A stretch of 37,453 bases of DNA from a virus (Duplodnaviria; Caudoviricetes): positions 1 to 37,453 of IMG/VR virus record IMGVR_UViG_3300037311_000047; one strand, written 5' to 3'. The position numbers and the translations under genes were made by a program. Shown here piece by piece: positions 36,039 through 37,453 of the stretch. The notes below the pieces were generated by a model. It was not told the DNA's origin and did no database searches. It was given only the letters and a program-made list of their open reading frames with translations. Within the stretch, counting starts at the first letter, position 1. Every line of letters begins with the position of its first letter.

Positions 36039-37214
36039 ATGCCCTTCAACGGCTCAGGCGTGTTCGAGCGCCTCTACAATTGGGTGACAGACGCGGTGAG
36101 CGGCGTGAAGATCCGGGCCGACCGCATGGATGCGGAAATGAATGGCTTCGCGACGGGGTTAACCACGCTCAATACGAGCAAGTTGTCAAAGTCCGGCGAC
36201 ACGATGACAGGGCAATTGATCTTGCCCGCATCAGCCTTGGCCGCCGCGTCCTTGCGCATCCCGCATGGAGCCGCGCCAACCTCGCCGGTGAATGGCGACA
36301 TCTGGACGACATCGGCTGGCGTTTTTTGCCGCATCAATGGCCAGACATTTGGCCCGTTTTCAGCTGGCGCGAACCTTCAAGAATTCACAGCCTCTGGAAC
36401 ATGGAGCAAGCCTGCGGGCGCTCTTTTTGTGATGGTGGAAGGATGGGGCGCGGCCGGCGGCGGCGGATCAGGTCGGCGCGGCGCAGCCGGAACCTTGCGC
36501 AATGGCGGATTGGGCGGTGCCGGGGGCGCTTATAACTTCCGTCTCTTTCTGGCTTCCGAACTGCCCGCATCTGTGTTGGCCACCGTTGGCGCAGGCGGGT
36601 TGGGCGGGGCCGCCCAGACTGTCAACGACACAAACGGAAATGCGGGCGGGGACGGGGGCAATTCAACATTCGGTTCATTTTTGACGGTTTACGGAGGGCA
36701 GGGCGGGCCGGGTGGAAGTAATGCCGCAAGTCCATTTGGAGGCGCGGGGGGCGGAACGCTTGATGTCTTTGGCCCCAGCCTTGGCGGATCAAGCAATCAA
36801 GCTTTCGGAAGCGCATCGTCAAACAGCGTCAGACCCTCCGGCTTTGGCGGAGCGAACAGCGGAACACCCACATCCGATGGGGGCGGATCGTCAAACGGGG
36901 GGCCAAGCGGCGGTGGCGGCGGCCTGATTGACGCATCGAACGTCGCCAATCCTGGCCGCGCGGGCGGGTCAAGCGCAACAAGCTCTGGCGGTGGCGGCGC
37001 AGGCGGCGCGAATACCGGCGCAAGCGGCGCGAACGGCGTGGGCCGGCAGGGCGCGGGTGGCGGTGGCGCTAACTTGTCTGGCGCGGGCGGCAACGGCGGC
37101 GCAGGCGGCCAGCCGGGCGGCGGCGGTGGCGGCGGTGGCGCGTCCGTCAATGGCAGCAATTCAGGCGCGGGAGGCGTCGGCGGGGCCGGCCTGATCCGTG
37201 TCTATGCGTGGTGA
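36039..37214 (+). CDS. Tail fibre with glycine-rich C-terminal domain
   Basis: MPFNGSG virion-anchor-like N-terminus, KSGDTMTGQL, FTASGTWSKP followed by poly-Gly loops. Confidence 0.8.
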   Translation: MPFNGSGVFERLYNWVTDAVSGVKIRADRMDAEMNGFATGLTTLNTSKLSKSGDTMTGQLILPASALAAASLRIPHGAAPTSPVNGDIWTTSAGVFCRINGQTFGPFSAGANLQEFTASGTWSKPAGALFVMVEGWGAAGGGGSGRRGAAGTLRNGGLGGAGGAYNFRLFLASELPASVLATVGAGGLGGAAQTVNDTNGNAGGDGGNSTFGSFLTVYGGQGGPGGSNAASPFGGAGGGTLDVFGPSLGGSSNQAFGSASSNSVRPSGFGGANSGTPTSDGGGSSNGGPSGGGGGLIDASNVANPGRAGGSSATSSGGGGAGGANTGASGANGVGRQGAGGGGANLSGAGGNGGAGGQPGGGGGGGGASVNGSNSGAGGVGGAGLIRVYAW

Positions 37215-37224
37215 GGAGGCTGAC

Positions 37225-37453
37225 TTGAGCAAGCGCTATGCCATCATCGAAAATGGCCTCGTCACCAACGTCGCGTTGGCCGATGAGCCTTTGGGCGACA
37301 ACTGGATTGAGACAGATACGGCCGGGCCGGGGTGGACCTATGACGGCGAGACATTCGCTTCGCCGGAGCCAGCGCCGCCGCCTGTCCCTGTTGCTGTAAC
37401 ACCGCTTCAAGCTCGCCGTGCTCTCCGTGCCGCCGGCATGATCGACACCGTGA
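37225..37453 (+). CDS. Tail fibre-associated protein, 3' truncated (absent from the ORF track)
   Basis: GAGGAGG RBS, TTG start; reads SKRYAIIENGLVTNV...GPGWTYDGETF...VTPLQARRAL and stays open to the window end. Confidence 0.7.
   Translation, partial: MSKRYAIIENGLVTNVALADEPLGDNWIETDTAGPGWTYDGETFASPEPAPPPVPVAVTPLQARRALRAAGMIDTV

Overview
Near-complete (about 37 kb) genome of a GC-rich temperate, probably podovirus-like phage; gene content and LexA-box type suggest an alphaproteobacterial host. It reads as the excised or circularly permuted form. Order: lysis end (endolysin tail, overlapped spanins); attP (tRNA 3'-end core plus arm repeats); leftward operon cro, RusA-like, Sak4-like, DUF669, Cas4-like, xis, int; cI immunity switch with two near-identical operator-promoters; rightward replication operon (RadD-like helicase, DnaA-C HTH, SNF2-like helicase, DNA methyltransferase, Prim-Pol/helicase); an inserted antisense three-gene cassette; iteron/AT-rich origin; NusG-like regulator; terminase, portal, scaffold and capsid; tail and ejection genes; Gly-rich tail fibre. 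Most notable: an Acb2/Tad1-like sponge gene in the head module, an acr-aca-like autoregulated cassette, a putative ejection protein with two 7-copy repeat arrays that appear matched, LexA boxes beside the origin and late regulator although cI has no protease domain, several switch-like RNA leaders, and a possible 5.2 kb inversion. All calls come from reading the sequence and recalling motifs; no database searches or folding computations were run.
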